Made by a program: the position numbers and the translations under genes. Below, in pieces: positions 50,856 to 59,520 of a stretch of 64,000 nt of DNA. How positions within the stretch are numbered: the first letter of the stretch is position 1; the number at the start of each line of letters is the position of its first letter. Below the pieces are notes generated by a model. The model had not been told where the DNA came from and did not search any database. It saw only the letters and a program-made list of their open reading frames with translations. The stretch is from a virus, in IMG/VR virus record IMGVR_UViG_3300032046_000008, positions 37,906 to 101,905 of that record. One strand, written 5' to 3'.

Positions 50856-51816
50856 AAACTCCTATTTGCTCCAAATCAATTGTGGCCTTGTTTCCTTGCC
50901 TGGAAACATTAGTGATGCGGAATACTCCACCTGCAATAACTTCGGCCTGCTCAGAACCAGAAACAAGACTAACAGGAATACCTCTGGCTCCCTTCGCGAT
51001 TCTGTATACTATTCCATGAGCAGATGGATTCCAGGAGGCAGAAAATTTATCCGCAACTGTTCTTTTGGTAGTCGCAGACATTGCAGGAATATCCAAAATT
51101 GCTCCCTTTTTATGAGCCATCAGTACCTTATCGAACGCCCCTTTGGAACTAAATCCCAAACCCCGATACAATTCGCCATCCATGCCAGGAGCATGTTTTA
51201 GATCTCCTAACAAAGCCTTCCCTGCTGGACCATATGGGCCTGCAACAAGAGCTGGCGGCCCTGTAGGATTAGCCAAGATTTTCTCAGACGCATTTGTTAA
51301 TTTCTCATATTGACCATCGTTAGTCCAGGCCTCTGCCCGCCTTATAGTCCCTTTCATTTCGGGATACTGACTCGTTAATCCATCTATCTTCGCTTGAATC
51401 TCCTGCGGTTCAAGATCAATATCTTCTGGGGTTATGGCTTTTAATGCAGCAAGTCCAGGGCTAACTTCAGCAGATCCCACACCCGCCGAAGCAAACCTGC
51501 CTCCTGCTCCATGATGAGGATTGAATTTCTCACCGATAATCTTCACTTGTCCCAAGAACGCTGCTGCTTCTTTATCTAATTCATCTTGCTGTGTATGTTC
51601 TATTCCTCGGCTCTGCATTTCTTGTAGCAAGAGCAGATGTCCGTTGATTACATCCTCGCGGCTGGAACCATCAGAAGACTCTAGGGTATTGCCAATAAAG
51701 TGCTTCTCCCAGAATTTGTGCAATTGCGCATGAGTAAATGCAAGTTCACGATTGCTCATGTCTGGCAAATCGGCGGGAGAGATTTTCTGGCTAATTGCTT
51801 CCGCCGGCAAGTTCAT
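50842..51816 (-). CDS. His-containing N-terminal domain + tagged ADP-ribosyltransferase-like domain
   Basis: H..LH...H.....EM..RGIEH; KFNPHHGAGGRF; LYRG..MSATT..EQAEV. Confidence 0.75.
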   Translation of the reverse strand: MNLPAEAISQKISPADLPDMSNRELAFTHAQLHKFWEKHFIGNTLESSDGSSREDVINGHLLLLQEMQSRGIEHTQQDELDKEAAAFLGQVKIIGEKFNPHHGAGGRFASAGVGSAEVSPGLAALKAITPEDIDLEPQEIQAKIDGLTSQYPEMKGTIRRAEAWTNDGQYEKLTNASEKILANPTGPPALVAGPYGPAGKALLGDLKHAPGMDGELYRGLGFSSKGAFDKVLMAHKKGAILDIPAMSATTKRTVADKFSASWNPSAHGIVYRIAKGARGIPVSLVSGSEQAEVIAGGVFRITNVSRQGNKATIDLEQIGVFEGV

Positions 51817-52426
51817 TCTTTGGATCTCCTAGCAATTGTCGCCACCATTCTTTGCCATAAACTCCCTGGCGATGCACCGGAGTAGGCCCTTTTTCGCGCA
51901 ACGCCGCCTTATGCTCTGCGCTTACAGAACCATGATTCCGTTCAATACCGTAACCTGGCCAAAACGTAGAATACCCCATTAGCAAGGCATCAACATATGT
52001 CTTTGCCACAATCGAGGCTGCGGCCACAAGATTATCCTTGCGTCCTGCCTCCACCATTGCGATACTATTCTTGTGAACAAGTTCTGCTATCTTCTTTAGA
52101 CTCGTATCGCTTACGACAAAGTCGGCAGCTCCAATACCTGCCAGTCGCAACTTGTCATCCAGAGCACGCACCGCCGCTACTGCTGCCATCTCGCGAGCAG
52201 GATAGACTCCGAACCTGCTAATGTCTGCTGGCGTGGCACACTGTACAGAATAGATGGCATGCTTCTGCAGTTCTGCGAAGACTGCCAGCCGTTGCTTCTC
52301 TGTTAGATCCTTGCTATCCCCGACACCTGGAATCTCAACCCCATCTGGCAACCACAGTGCTACAACTACACAATCACCAGCAAGGCTGGGACTGAAGTTG
52401 CTTTCTTCGCAGGAAATTTTAATCAC
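51791..52426 (-). CDS. rnhB: Divergent ribonuclease HII homolog
   Basis: LAG.CVV.A, GVGDSKDL.EKQR, VAAASIVAK..D, PGYG..RNHG...EH..AL...GPTPVHR. Confidence 0.8.
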   Translation of the reverse strand: MIKISCEESNFSPSLAGDCVVVALWLPDGVEIPGVGDSKDLTEKQRLAVFAELQKHAIYSVQCATPADISRFGVYPAREMAAVAAVRALDDKLRLAGIGAADFVVSDTSLKKIAELVHKNSIAMVEAGRKDNLVAAASIVAKTYVDALLMGYSTFWPGYGIERNHGSVSAEHKAALREKGPTPVHRQGVYGKEWWRQLLGDPKNELAGGSN

Positions 52427-52691
52427 CTATAGCCTCCGTTCTAAATCTGTTCATCCAAGTATCCATTGTCCGATTGTTCCATTGATATCCCGCATCTAAA
52501 AATCCTATAGGCTGAAACTGACGCTCCTCGCCACAATGCTTGCAGATGCCTTTGTTCAAGGAATCCAACATCCAATGATGTTTACAAGGAATCTCGCCCA
52601 TACCCGCGCAGGAGCCTTCGCGCGTTACAACTTCAACTGTTATCATTTCTTTACTATACTCATTCTTATATTTGGCAGATGTCTCTGCCAT
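52419..52691 (-). CDS. Small zinc-binding protein
   Basis: CKHHW...GICKHCG. Confidence 0.6.
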   Translation of the reverse strand: MAETSAKYKNEYSKEMITVEVVTREGSCAGMGEIPCKHHWMLDSLNKGICKHCGEERQFQPIGFLDAGYQWNNRTMDTWMNRFRTEAIGD

Positions 52692-53053
52692 ACTTCCTTT
52701 GCCCTATCTGTGAGACTCTGCCAGCCTCTTGCGGCCATAACAGCCCTCTGCCTCTGCCCTTTGGCTCCTGCTCGGTATCCTTGGACAGAACCTGCGTAGG
52801 GCACAGCATTTACTATCAATACACTCTCTGGACGCAGATCGCTATAGAGCCATCCTCTCATCAGAGACCCTGTGCGCTTGCCACCTGCATATGGACCTTT
52901 CTTTGGTGGTCGTTTCCAGGGCATCCAGGGAGGATATTTTCCCATCTCGCCCACAAGATCTATGGCAAACTTCTGCAAAGCCGCCTGTATCTGCCCCTTG
53001 TCATATTGCGCAGGAGGCTTCTTGGGAATTATGGGTCGAAGAAAGATTGTCAT
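52643..53053 (-). CDS. HK97 gp10-like head/tail completion protein
   Basis: KRTGSLMRGW, NAVPYA..VQG. Confidence 0.65.
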   Translation of the reverse strand: MTIFLRPIIPKKPPAQYDKGQIQAALQKFAIDLVGEMGKYPPWMPWKRPPKKGPYAGGKRTGSLMRGWLYSDLRPESVLIVNAVPYAGSVQGYRAGAKGQRQRAVMAARGWQSLTDRAKEVWQRHLPNIRMSIVKK

Positions 53054-53131
53054 CTATTTCGAAGGTGTCTTCAGAATAACTACATCTCCCAGTTTCCAGA
53101 CATATCTGAGTTTGCGCTTTTTGTCTGCCAT
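53054..53131 (-). CDS. 25-aa micro-protein, candidate ART inhibitor, not in ORF track
   Basis: MADKKRKLRYVWKLGDVVILKTPSK*; fills the gap between MuF-ART stop and next ATG; GGAG SD. Confidence 0.65.
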   Translation of the reverse strand: MADKKRKLRYVWKLGDVVILKTPSK

Positions 53132-53132
53132 G

Positions 53133-54434
53133 TCACACAATCTCCAAGGTTAATACTCGCTTCTTAAAGGTAGGGCCAAGTGCCTCAAGTGCATCACTCA
53201 CAATTCTGAAGGTCGACCCGCGAGGCAGTAATATTTCAGCCTCGGTTGGAAATTTAGACCAAGGCGTCAAAGCAATGCAGGGTTGGTCTGGTTTCAGGAT
53301 AATCTTCATTAGAACCTCACCTGGTGAGTCAACATAATCATAAGCCGTAGCCCAATCTGCTGATACTGAGGTATAACTAAGATCTGAAAATTTAATACCT
53401 ACCCCTGAACCGGGACGACCTGGCAGCCCAGAGATATTACCCCCACGCCAAGTTACCAATGGCTGCCTAGGCCTTGATTTGCGCATAGCATCATCTAAAC
53501 CCTGCTGCGCCCGGACAAACATCTTCTCCGGAGCTGGACCACCTTTCCGCAGAACAGCATTCAGTTCCTCACCAAAAGCACCACTGTATTGGCCGAGAGC
53601 ATCTACGTTTGTCCTTGTAAGATACTCTCCCTCAAGATAATCAAAATGCCGTAGATACGGATTATCAATGAATTGAACCAGATCGTCCCCAGCCAGTTCT
53701 AGCGGTTGAACAGCCTTCTCTAGCATGGGGAATATATGACACCTGCATGAAACATGAAGTGGCGGTTCCTCATTCTCTCCAATGCGCCAACTCTGGCCCT
53801 CTAGCGGACGACATCTTGAGCACGTCCAAGGATCTTGTGCAGTTCTCCACTGCACCATCTTTACGCCTGCCTGCTGGTAGGATAACATTGCTCCCTTGGC
53901 AAAGAGCCTGGTAGTTTCTGTACTGGCGATACGCAGAGCTCTTGTCTCGCCGAAGAGAGGCTCTATGCTTTTTGTCAGTTCTGTGAAACTCAAGCCTTGT
54001 TGCACATTGCTGCGTATGGCTCCTCGCAATCTCTCGCGAGTGACTTGATCTAGACCATTCCACCAGTTTGTAGCAAAGGCTTTAGATTCTGCCTCGAGAA
54101 GTCTATCAATTGCTTCTGTGGGAGGAGCGAGTTGTTTGAAATCTTCCAACTCTCCTTCATCTACGAAAATGCCAGCGATGGCTTTGTCGGCAGCTAGCAC
54201 ATATCCTTCTTGAAACAGGTTGTGTGCAAGAGCATCGAGAAAGGCTTCATCCCCTACTTTAACGGTAATCCACTTACTCCCATCGAAGTACTCCGCGCCT
54301 CGAGCAAAAGCTTTACGCCAGAGCTCTTCCGCTGCAGAATCATGCGTCGACTTGAGAATATCTCCGGATGCTTCGGCACGTAAGACCTCTACAGCAGCAC
54401 CTCTCTTAGTAGGAAGGCGTGTGACCGTTATCAT
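53133..54434 (-). CDS. MuF (gp7-like) head morphogenesis protein with C-terminal VIP2-like ART
   Basis: RALRIASTET.R, W.TA.D..TC..C.PL.G, PPLHVSCRC; TWRG, YTSVS, EAEILLPRG. Confidence 0.9.
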   Translation of the reverse strand: MITVTRLPTKRGAAVEVLRAEASGDILKSTHDSAAEELWRKAFARGAEYFDGSKWITVKVGDEAFLDALAHNLFQEGYVLAADKAIAGIFVDEGELEDFKQLAPPTEAIDRLLEAESKAFATNWWNGLDQVTRERLRGAIRSNVQQGLSFTELTKSIEPLFGETRALRIASTETTRLFAKGAMLSYQQAGVKMVQWRTAQDPWTCSRCRPLEGQSWRIGENEEPPLHVSCRCHIFPMLEKAVQPLELAGDDLVQFIDNPYLRHFDYLEGEYLTRTNVDALGQYSGAFGEELNAVLRKGGPAPEKMFVRAQQGLDDAMRKSRPRQPLVTWRGGNISGLPGRPGSGVGIKFSDLSYTSVSADWATAYDYVDSPGEVLMKIILKPDQPCIALTPWSKFPTEAEILLPRGSTFRIVSDALEALGPTFKKRVLTLEIV

Positions 54435-55048
54435 ATACCCATCTTCTCGAATACCGCTTCCGAACGCGGACCTAGCTTGACGCCTTTTCTAACCCGCATC
54501 TGAAAGCCCTCTGCCCAAGCCTCGTGAACGTTCGTAGCTGTGGGAGAGATGTCCTTCATATCTTGCATGGCGGCAGAGACTATCAACGCTTTGTTAAGGC
54601 CTACACTTCCGAGCCTTGGACTGTATTCTATCGCATGTCCGGCTTCGTGTAAAACGGTGATCTCTCGAACGCTGTGAGAATCAATACGCATGGTGCCACT
54701 ACCCGCTTCGTAGCTACTAATCCCATCAAAATCTCCAACCTTAACCGTAAGATTTTGTGGTAGGAGATCTGGAGGAGCTTTGCCTAGCGCACCTCTGATT
54801 GTCGTCTCTTGCGATCCCGTCGCTCCCTCGATCGACCCGCCCCAACTTCCCTCTCCGAATCTTCCTCTCGCATCATGATGAGGATTGAATTTCTGCCCTA
54901 TCTCATGTAAGTGTTCCTCTGCAACTTCATATCCTGCCTCGAGGAGTTTTCGGAAGACTGGAGTCATCGTTTTCTGTACTTCTGTTCCTATATCTTCCCA
55001 GAAGACTTGGTCATCTAGAAAATTCTCCGTAGCAGCCACAACAATCAC
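54431..55048 (-). CDS. MuF-like N-terminal stub + tagged zincin metallopeptidase
   Basis: KFNPHHDARGRF; VLHEAGH...HEAWAEGF. Confidence 0.75.
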   Translation of the reverse strand: MIVVAATENFLDDQVFWEDIGTEVQKTMTPVFRKLLEAGYEVAEEHLHEIGQKFNPHHDARGRFGEGSWGGSIEGATGSQETTIRGALGKAPPDLLPQNLTVKVGDFDGISSYEAGSGTMRIDSHSVREITVLHEAGHAIEYSPRLGSVGLNKALIVSAAMQDMKDISPTATNVHEAWAEGFQMRVRKGVKLGPRSEAVFEKMGI

Positions 55049-56076
55049 AATGGCTCCTCGTTATGAAATTTCGTCAGCTTTTGACTCAAAACTTCGAGAT
55101 CGTCAAGCTCGCGTTCCCATATAACTAGCGTCTGGAAGCCAAACGAAGCAAAGAAATCTATTCTGTCCTGCGGATTCTCGCCTCGATGCCAATAGTCGCC
55201 ATAAAGTTCTATGAGTTTCTTCTGGCCGTCGGCATTGGCAAAATCTGGACAACATCCGCCAAGAATGAGTTGGCCATCACCAACATAACAATATTGGCAA
55301 GGAAAGAGTTCATCCAGAAATTGGCCAAGAAGAGTTTCGGGCTTATTTGGGCGAATAGCCATAGACTTCATTATTGCAGCAACAGTATTCTGGCGATATT
55401 TGGGATCTTGCCAAAGCCTCTTGTTATTCTCTCTGCGTTCGGCTCTTATGACCGGATCCGCAAACCTGCGAATGTGCGCAAGGCTTTTCTTTTTCTTTGT
55501 ATTCTCACTGTCAGTTCTGCCTTTAAGTGCTAAGCCGATGTTAGGCTTAGAAAATGATTTCCCTATAAGCCCAGCGCTAATCCTGCAACGATGCTCTTCG
55601 CTAAGAGCTTTACCTGTCCGTGCGGCTATCTGTTTGGCACGGTATTCTGGGTCTCGCCACAGTTCCTTATTAATTTCTGCGCGCCGAACTCTGGCTGCAG
55701 GATTGGCAAATCGACGGATGCCAACTTGGCGCATTTTCTCCCGCTGAGGAGTTCCCTTCTCTGGATCTTGCCAGAACCTTTTTAGTTTAAGACTGAGATT
55801 CTTCTTTGTTTCTTCGCTATGCGATACGCCACGACGATCAAAACTGCGTCGCACTTCTTCCGTAAGAGGATGAGAAGCACGGTAGGCTTTCATGGCAACG
55901 GACATCTTATGGCGCGCTTCCGGTGTCCAAACACGACTCTTAGCTTCTGGTGACCAAGCCACGATTCTCCCCCCCCAGACAGCCTGTCCTAATTTCTCTG
56001 CAAAATCTGAAGGGAGCTCCAGCCCGACAAGTTCCGGCCTGCTAGCTAAACTCGTTACAGAAACTGGAGCTCCCAT
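55045..56076 (-). mobile_element. Free-standing homing-endonuclease-like gene: NUMOD3-like repeats + Vsr/DUF559-type nuclease
   Basis: HSEETKKNLS, LSEEHRCRIS, SENTKKKKS; PNKPE...PDF...IELYGDYWH...LVIWE. Confidence 0.8.
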
Positions 56077-56077
56077 G

Positions 56078-57706
56078 CTACGCCTGCTCCTGTTGCATGC
56101 GCGCGACGATGCGCTTGTGCATTTTGCGGAGCGCCTGTTTTGCTCGCTCCTTGACTGTATCCTCTACATCCAGGCGTTCTTGCTCTATCTCCTCAGGCCC
56201 AGCGTGGCGTATCTCGTCCGCAGCCTCGCGCAAGGCTTCACCACTTAATACATCGTCCAGACCTGCCTCTTTGAGGATCTCATCGAGTTCCTTTAGTCCT
56301 CGCTTCTTCTGCTCCTGGGGAATTGTCTGAGCAGGTTGCGCTGTCGGAGAAACTATTTGATGGGGCTTCTCTATGTCCTGGAGAGTTTCATTTGGCGTGA
56401 GGTCCAGACCGCCCATGGAATCAAAGATCTCTGGCGCGAGATCTCCAGAGTCTCTTGCCATCTGACGAGCCACCGCTGGAGTTATCTCTCCAGAGACTAT
56501 GCGTTCTGCCCGTTCTTTGGCCCGCAGTTCTGCGAGGGCAGCCTTCTCTGTCTCTGCCTGTACATCCAGTTCTGTCCACCTGAATTCTACATTCTGCGGC
56601 AGCACTCCTCGGAAGTTGAGAAAGTGTGACATGATCTTCTGGAAGAGGGCTGGCCCCTTGCCTCGGCTCTTCAAGTGTAGAATGTATGACTGGGCTGAGG
56701 TACCCAGGTTGCCACCAGGCAAGGGGGCAAACTCCTGATAGTCTGTGAGAAAGGCCATAGCAATAGCAGAGATGTAGAGTTTGAAAGTTACTTCCTCATC
56801 ATAGCCATCTGGCATGGAGGCCATCTCGATTGTGTCATGCCCAACATCAACATTAGGCGCGACCGAACCAACCATTAGAGGCTCTAGATAGCGCTGCAGG
56901 CCCTTACTGTCGGCAACAACCTGTTGCTTCTCGAGGGCATCTCTTATCTGCTGAGGTGTGATGCCCTTGACCAAGTGGATTGCACGATTGAATCTTCCTC
57001 CGGTTTTCTCTTCACGGTATACAGAAATGTTGCGAATGACCTGTGCTGCTCGCATTAGCCTGGTAAGGGCACTAAACTGCAACTTGTAGAAGACGCCTTT
57101 GACCGCATGCTCAATTGGTGAGGGCAGCTCCATCAAATTAACAATTTGGTAATACTTCATATAATGATAAGCATTCAGACGATCAAGATAGATAAAAGGA
57201 ATCTTAGGATCGCCCGTAGGATAACATCTGCCAGCGTCCAGATGATTGATGCCAATGCAGGGAGCATCTGGACTGTCGGAGGCTCTTATTATTTCAACAT
57301 ATGCTCCACTATCTTGACTATAGAGATCTAGAGAAATTTTTGTAATGAAATCTTCCCAGCCTTCGCCTAGGTCAGCATTGAGGAGGATATCCTGATAGAT
57401 GCGTGCTGTGCGAGGAGGCCCTTCCACTGCCCAGCTCAGGGCTGTATTGCGAGCAGTTACTATCCCAAGAGCTGAGGCGAGAAAGTTCTCTGTCGGGATA
57501 AAGGCACGCAGTTGCCGATCTCGCATCTTGGGAGATTGCCCCCATGGCGTGATAGCATCTGCTACCGCTGCTACCCAGAGGATATATGATTCCGCAACTG
57601 CTGCTCCATCAGGACTCTCAGGAGTACTTACGACAGAGCGAGCAAGAGCTTGCAGGTCTGCTGCCTTCTCAGCCGTGCTTACGCTCCCGTCGCCGTCATC
57701 TGGCAT
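56078..57706 (-). CDS. Portal protein
   Basis: After TerL; D.YSQDSGAYVEI, HLDAGRC.PTG; GAGGAGG SD before MPDDG. Confidence 0.8.
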   Translation of the reverse strand: MPDDGDGSVSTAEKAADLQALARSVVSTPESPDGAAVAESYILWVAAVADAITPWGQSPKMRDRQLRAFIPTENFLASALGIVTARNTALSWAVEGPPRTARIYQDILLNADLGEGWEDFITKISLDLYSQDSGAYVEIIRASDSPDAPCIGINHLDAGRCYPTGDPKIPFIYLDRLNAYHYMKYYQIVNLMELPSPIEHAVKGVFYKLQFSALTRLMRAAQVIRNISVYREEKTGGRFNRAIHLVKGITPQQIRDALEKQQVVADSKGLQRYLEPLMVGSVAPNVDVGHDTIEMASMPDGYDEEVTFKLYISAIAMAFLTDYQEFAPLPGGNLGTSAQSYILHLKSRGKGPALFQKIMSHFLNFRGVLPQNVEFRWTELDVQAETEKAALAELRAKERAERIVSGEITPAVARQMARDSGDLAPEIFDSMGGLDLTPNETLQDIEKPHQIVSPTAQPAQTIPQEQKKRGLKELDEILKEAGLDDVLSGEALREAADEIRHAGPEEIEQERLDVEDTVKERAKQALRKMHKRIVARMQQEQA

Positions 57707-57725
57707 AATTGCCTCCTCGCCCGCC

Positions 57726-57797
57726 AAAAACCGATTTCAAGAAAATTCCTCGAATATTCGGAGAGGGTCCATTGCCTTCAAAACCAACTTCACGGTT
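57726..57797. repeat. ~70-nt imperfect intergenic repeat, copy 1 (copy 2 at about 60359-60430)
   Basis: aaaaaccgatttcaagaaaattcctcgaatattcggagagggtccattgcc..tcacggtt vs aaaaatcgattctgagaattttactcgaacatttggggagggtccattgcc..tcacggtt. Confidence 0.8.
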
Positions 57798-57798
57798 G

Positions 57799-57945
57799 TC
57801 AATTCTTCTTGCTGAATTTCTCTGCAAGTTCTTCTGTTCCTCGTCGAATCCCTTCCAAAATAATCTTCTTCTTTGTCATACGAGGCTTCTTGGCACACTT
57901 CTTCATTCCTAGATCTTCCAAATAAGGCAATACAGGACTTGTCAT
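57799..57945 (-). CDS. 48-aa micro-protein homologous to the leader of the 59521..60306 ART, not in ORF track
   Basis: MTSPVLPYLEDLGMKKCAKKPRMTKKKIILEGIRRGTEELAEKFSKKN*; shares PYLEDLG.K and I.LE.I..G; GGAG SD. Confidence 0.65.
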   Translation of the reverse strand: MTSPVLPYLEDLGMKKCAKKPRMTKKKIILEGIRRGTEELAEKFSKKN

Positions 57946-57958
57946 AATTGTTCTCCAG

Positions 57959-59479
57959 CTATAGAACTAGCCAAAGACATCTGTTGGCTGCCATAGATAA
58001 AGCAACGACTAAATCCACCTTCCGCTCCATTCCCTTTTTTACGATCCTCAGTTTTGTATCTTCTTCCTTGGATATCTTCATCGCAGCATTCTGTATATGT
58101 TCTCGTAAGTCCTTGTCACCTGTGTGCCATATGCGCCGGTTTACTATCAGATCTCGCAACTCGCTGTCTGCGATCATTCTCTCTCGCTGCTGGGGGAAAG
58201 GCTCAACCCATGCGACGCTCTCCCGCCGCAGATTCTGGCAAAGGCTTTCGAGTTGATATGGGTCATACGCCACCTGAATTATATTATAACCTGGAACCAG
58301 AACATGATTTTGGCAGGCCTCACAATCATCGCGCGTGAAAGGAGGATAATGCGGATGCCCTGCGGCGCAGCCACCTTGGCAGAGAAAACGAATGAATCCT
58401 TCTGGCTCCTTGAAGTCTATGTAACCCCCTTGCGGTTCCCATTTGCGGCAAGCCCTGACTGCGACTTCATCATGTCGCACTGGATGTCTGGTGACTGCAA
58501 CTATACCGAAGCAGTCACCAGTCACTGCCGCATCCACACCCAGCACGCAAGGAGTCTTGTCCCCTGGGAGGAATGGAGGCAATTCTGGATCCTCGCATCG
58601 ATCCCACAAGGCCAGAGGGATGAATTCCATGATACCCCCGCCGCGCAGAGCATCCTGTGGCGTCATTGGGGCGAAGTGGTCCAGGGCTTCTATGGGCATA
58701 GAACCTTCCTGCAGCTGGTACCAGTTTGTAGGACGCTCTCTGGCATTCCAGGGCTGGAAAAGAGGATACAGAACATTAGAGCCGGCGACGGCAGAGTCCC
58801 ACAGAGAGGACACAAGGTCTGCATCACCAGCGCCCCTGGTCACGATGTGACAGGAACCATTCGGTGCAATAGTGGAATAGACTGAAGGCCAGGTCTTGTC
58901 GGGGAAGGGCATGCGCGCGAGTTCATCTACGTGAGCATGAGCGCAACTCTGATCAACCGACACATGGGGACCAGCGGGATAACAAACTATCCTCCGTAAA
59001 TCCTCCAGCCCCAGCCGGAAGCGCAGGCTATGAGTTGTGTCGCCACCAGCTTCTTGAGACAGGAGGTTCGGCCTGATCGCTTCTGGCAGCTTCTGAAGCC
59101 CGAATCTAATATACTCTAACAACTCCACAGAGGCTGTGTCGCTGCGTGAGAAGATATGCACCCGCGCATTCGCAGGTCCAAAGAGTGCGACCCATGCATC
59201 ATACGCGCATTCTAATTCTGTGAAGCCGAGTTTACCAGCTTTGAGTGCGAGTATCCATTTATGCTCTTGCGCGACGGCTACAAATTTATCCTGACCAGGC
59301 CATAGGCATTCTCCCAGGATAGATATCTGCCCAGTCTCACGATTCACAAACTGCCAATGGCCGAGGAAGTTCCTAAATGAGGCAGAGCAGAAGCGACGCA
59401 GTTCCTCGGTTTCTATCTCTCGCAGGTATCGTTCTCGGTCTTCGGAAGAGAGTGCTACAGCATTGTCAACTTGTACCAT
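57959..59479 (-). CDS. terL: Terminase large subunit
   Basis: Q motif LWPGQ; Walker A-like LKAGKLGFT; Walker B AHVDE; nuclease LGVDAA...D, YDPYQ, KVDLVVA. Confidence 0.9.
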   Translation of the reverse strand: MVQVDNAVALSSEDRERYLREIETEELRRFCSASFRNFLGHWQFVNRETGQISILGECLWPGQDKFVAVAQEHKWILALKAGKLGFTELECAYDAWVALFGPANARVHIFSRSDTASVELLEYIRFGLQKLPEAIRPNLLSQEAGGDTTHSLRFRLGLEDLRRIVCYPAGPHVSVDQSCAHAHVDELARMPFPDKTWPSVYSTIAPNGSCHIVTRGAGDADLVSSLWDSAVAGSNVLYPLFQPWNARERPTNWYQLQEGSMPIEALDHFAPMTPQDALRGGGIMEFIPLALWDRCEDPELPPFLPGDKTPCVLGVDAAVTGDCFGIVAVTRHPVRHDEVAVRACRKWEPQGGYIDFKEPEGFIRFLCQGGCAAGHPHYPPFTRDDCEACQNHVLVPGYNIIQVAYDPYQLESLCQNLRRESVAWVEPFPQQRERMIADSELRDLIVNRRIWHTGDKDLREHIQNAAMKISKEEDTKLRIVKKGMERKVDLVVALSMAANRCLWLVL

Positions 59480-59520
59480 TTGTTTATCCTGGATATGCAG
59501 TGTTTTTACAAACTAAGCCA

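Noticed and set aside
55045-56076. Group I intron around the endonuclease
   Set aside because: ORF abuts both neighbours with no room for a ribozyme core, and no P7-like sequence was recognised
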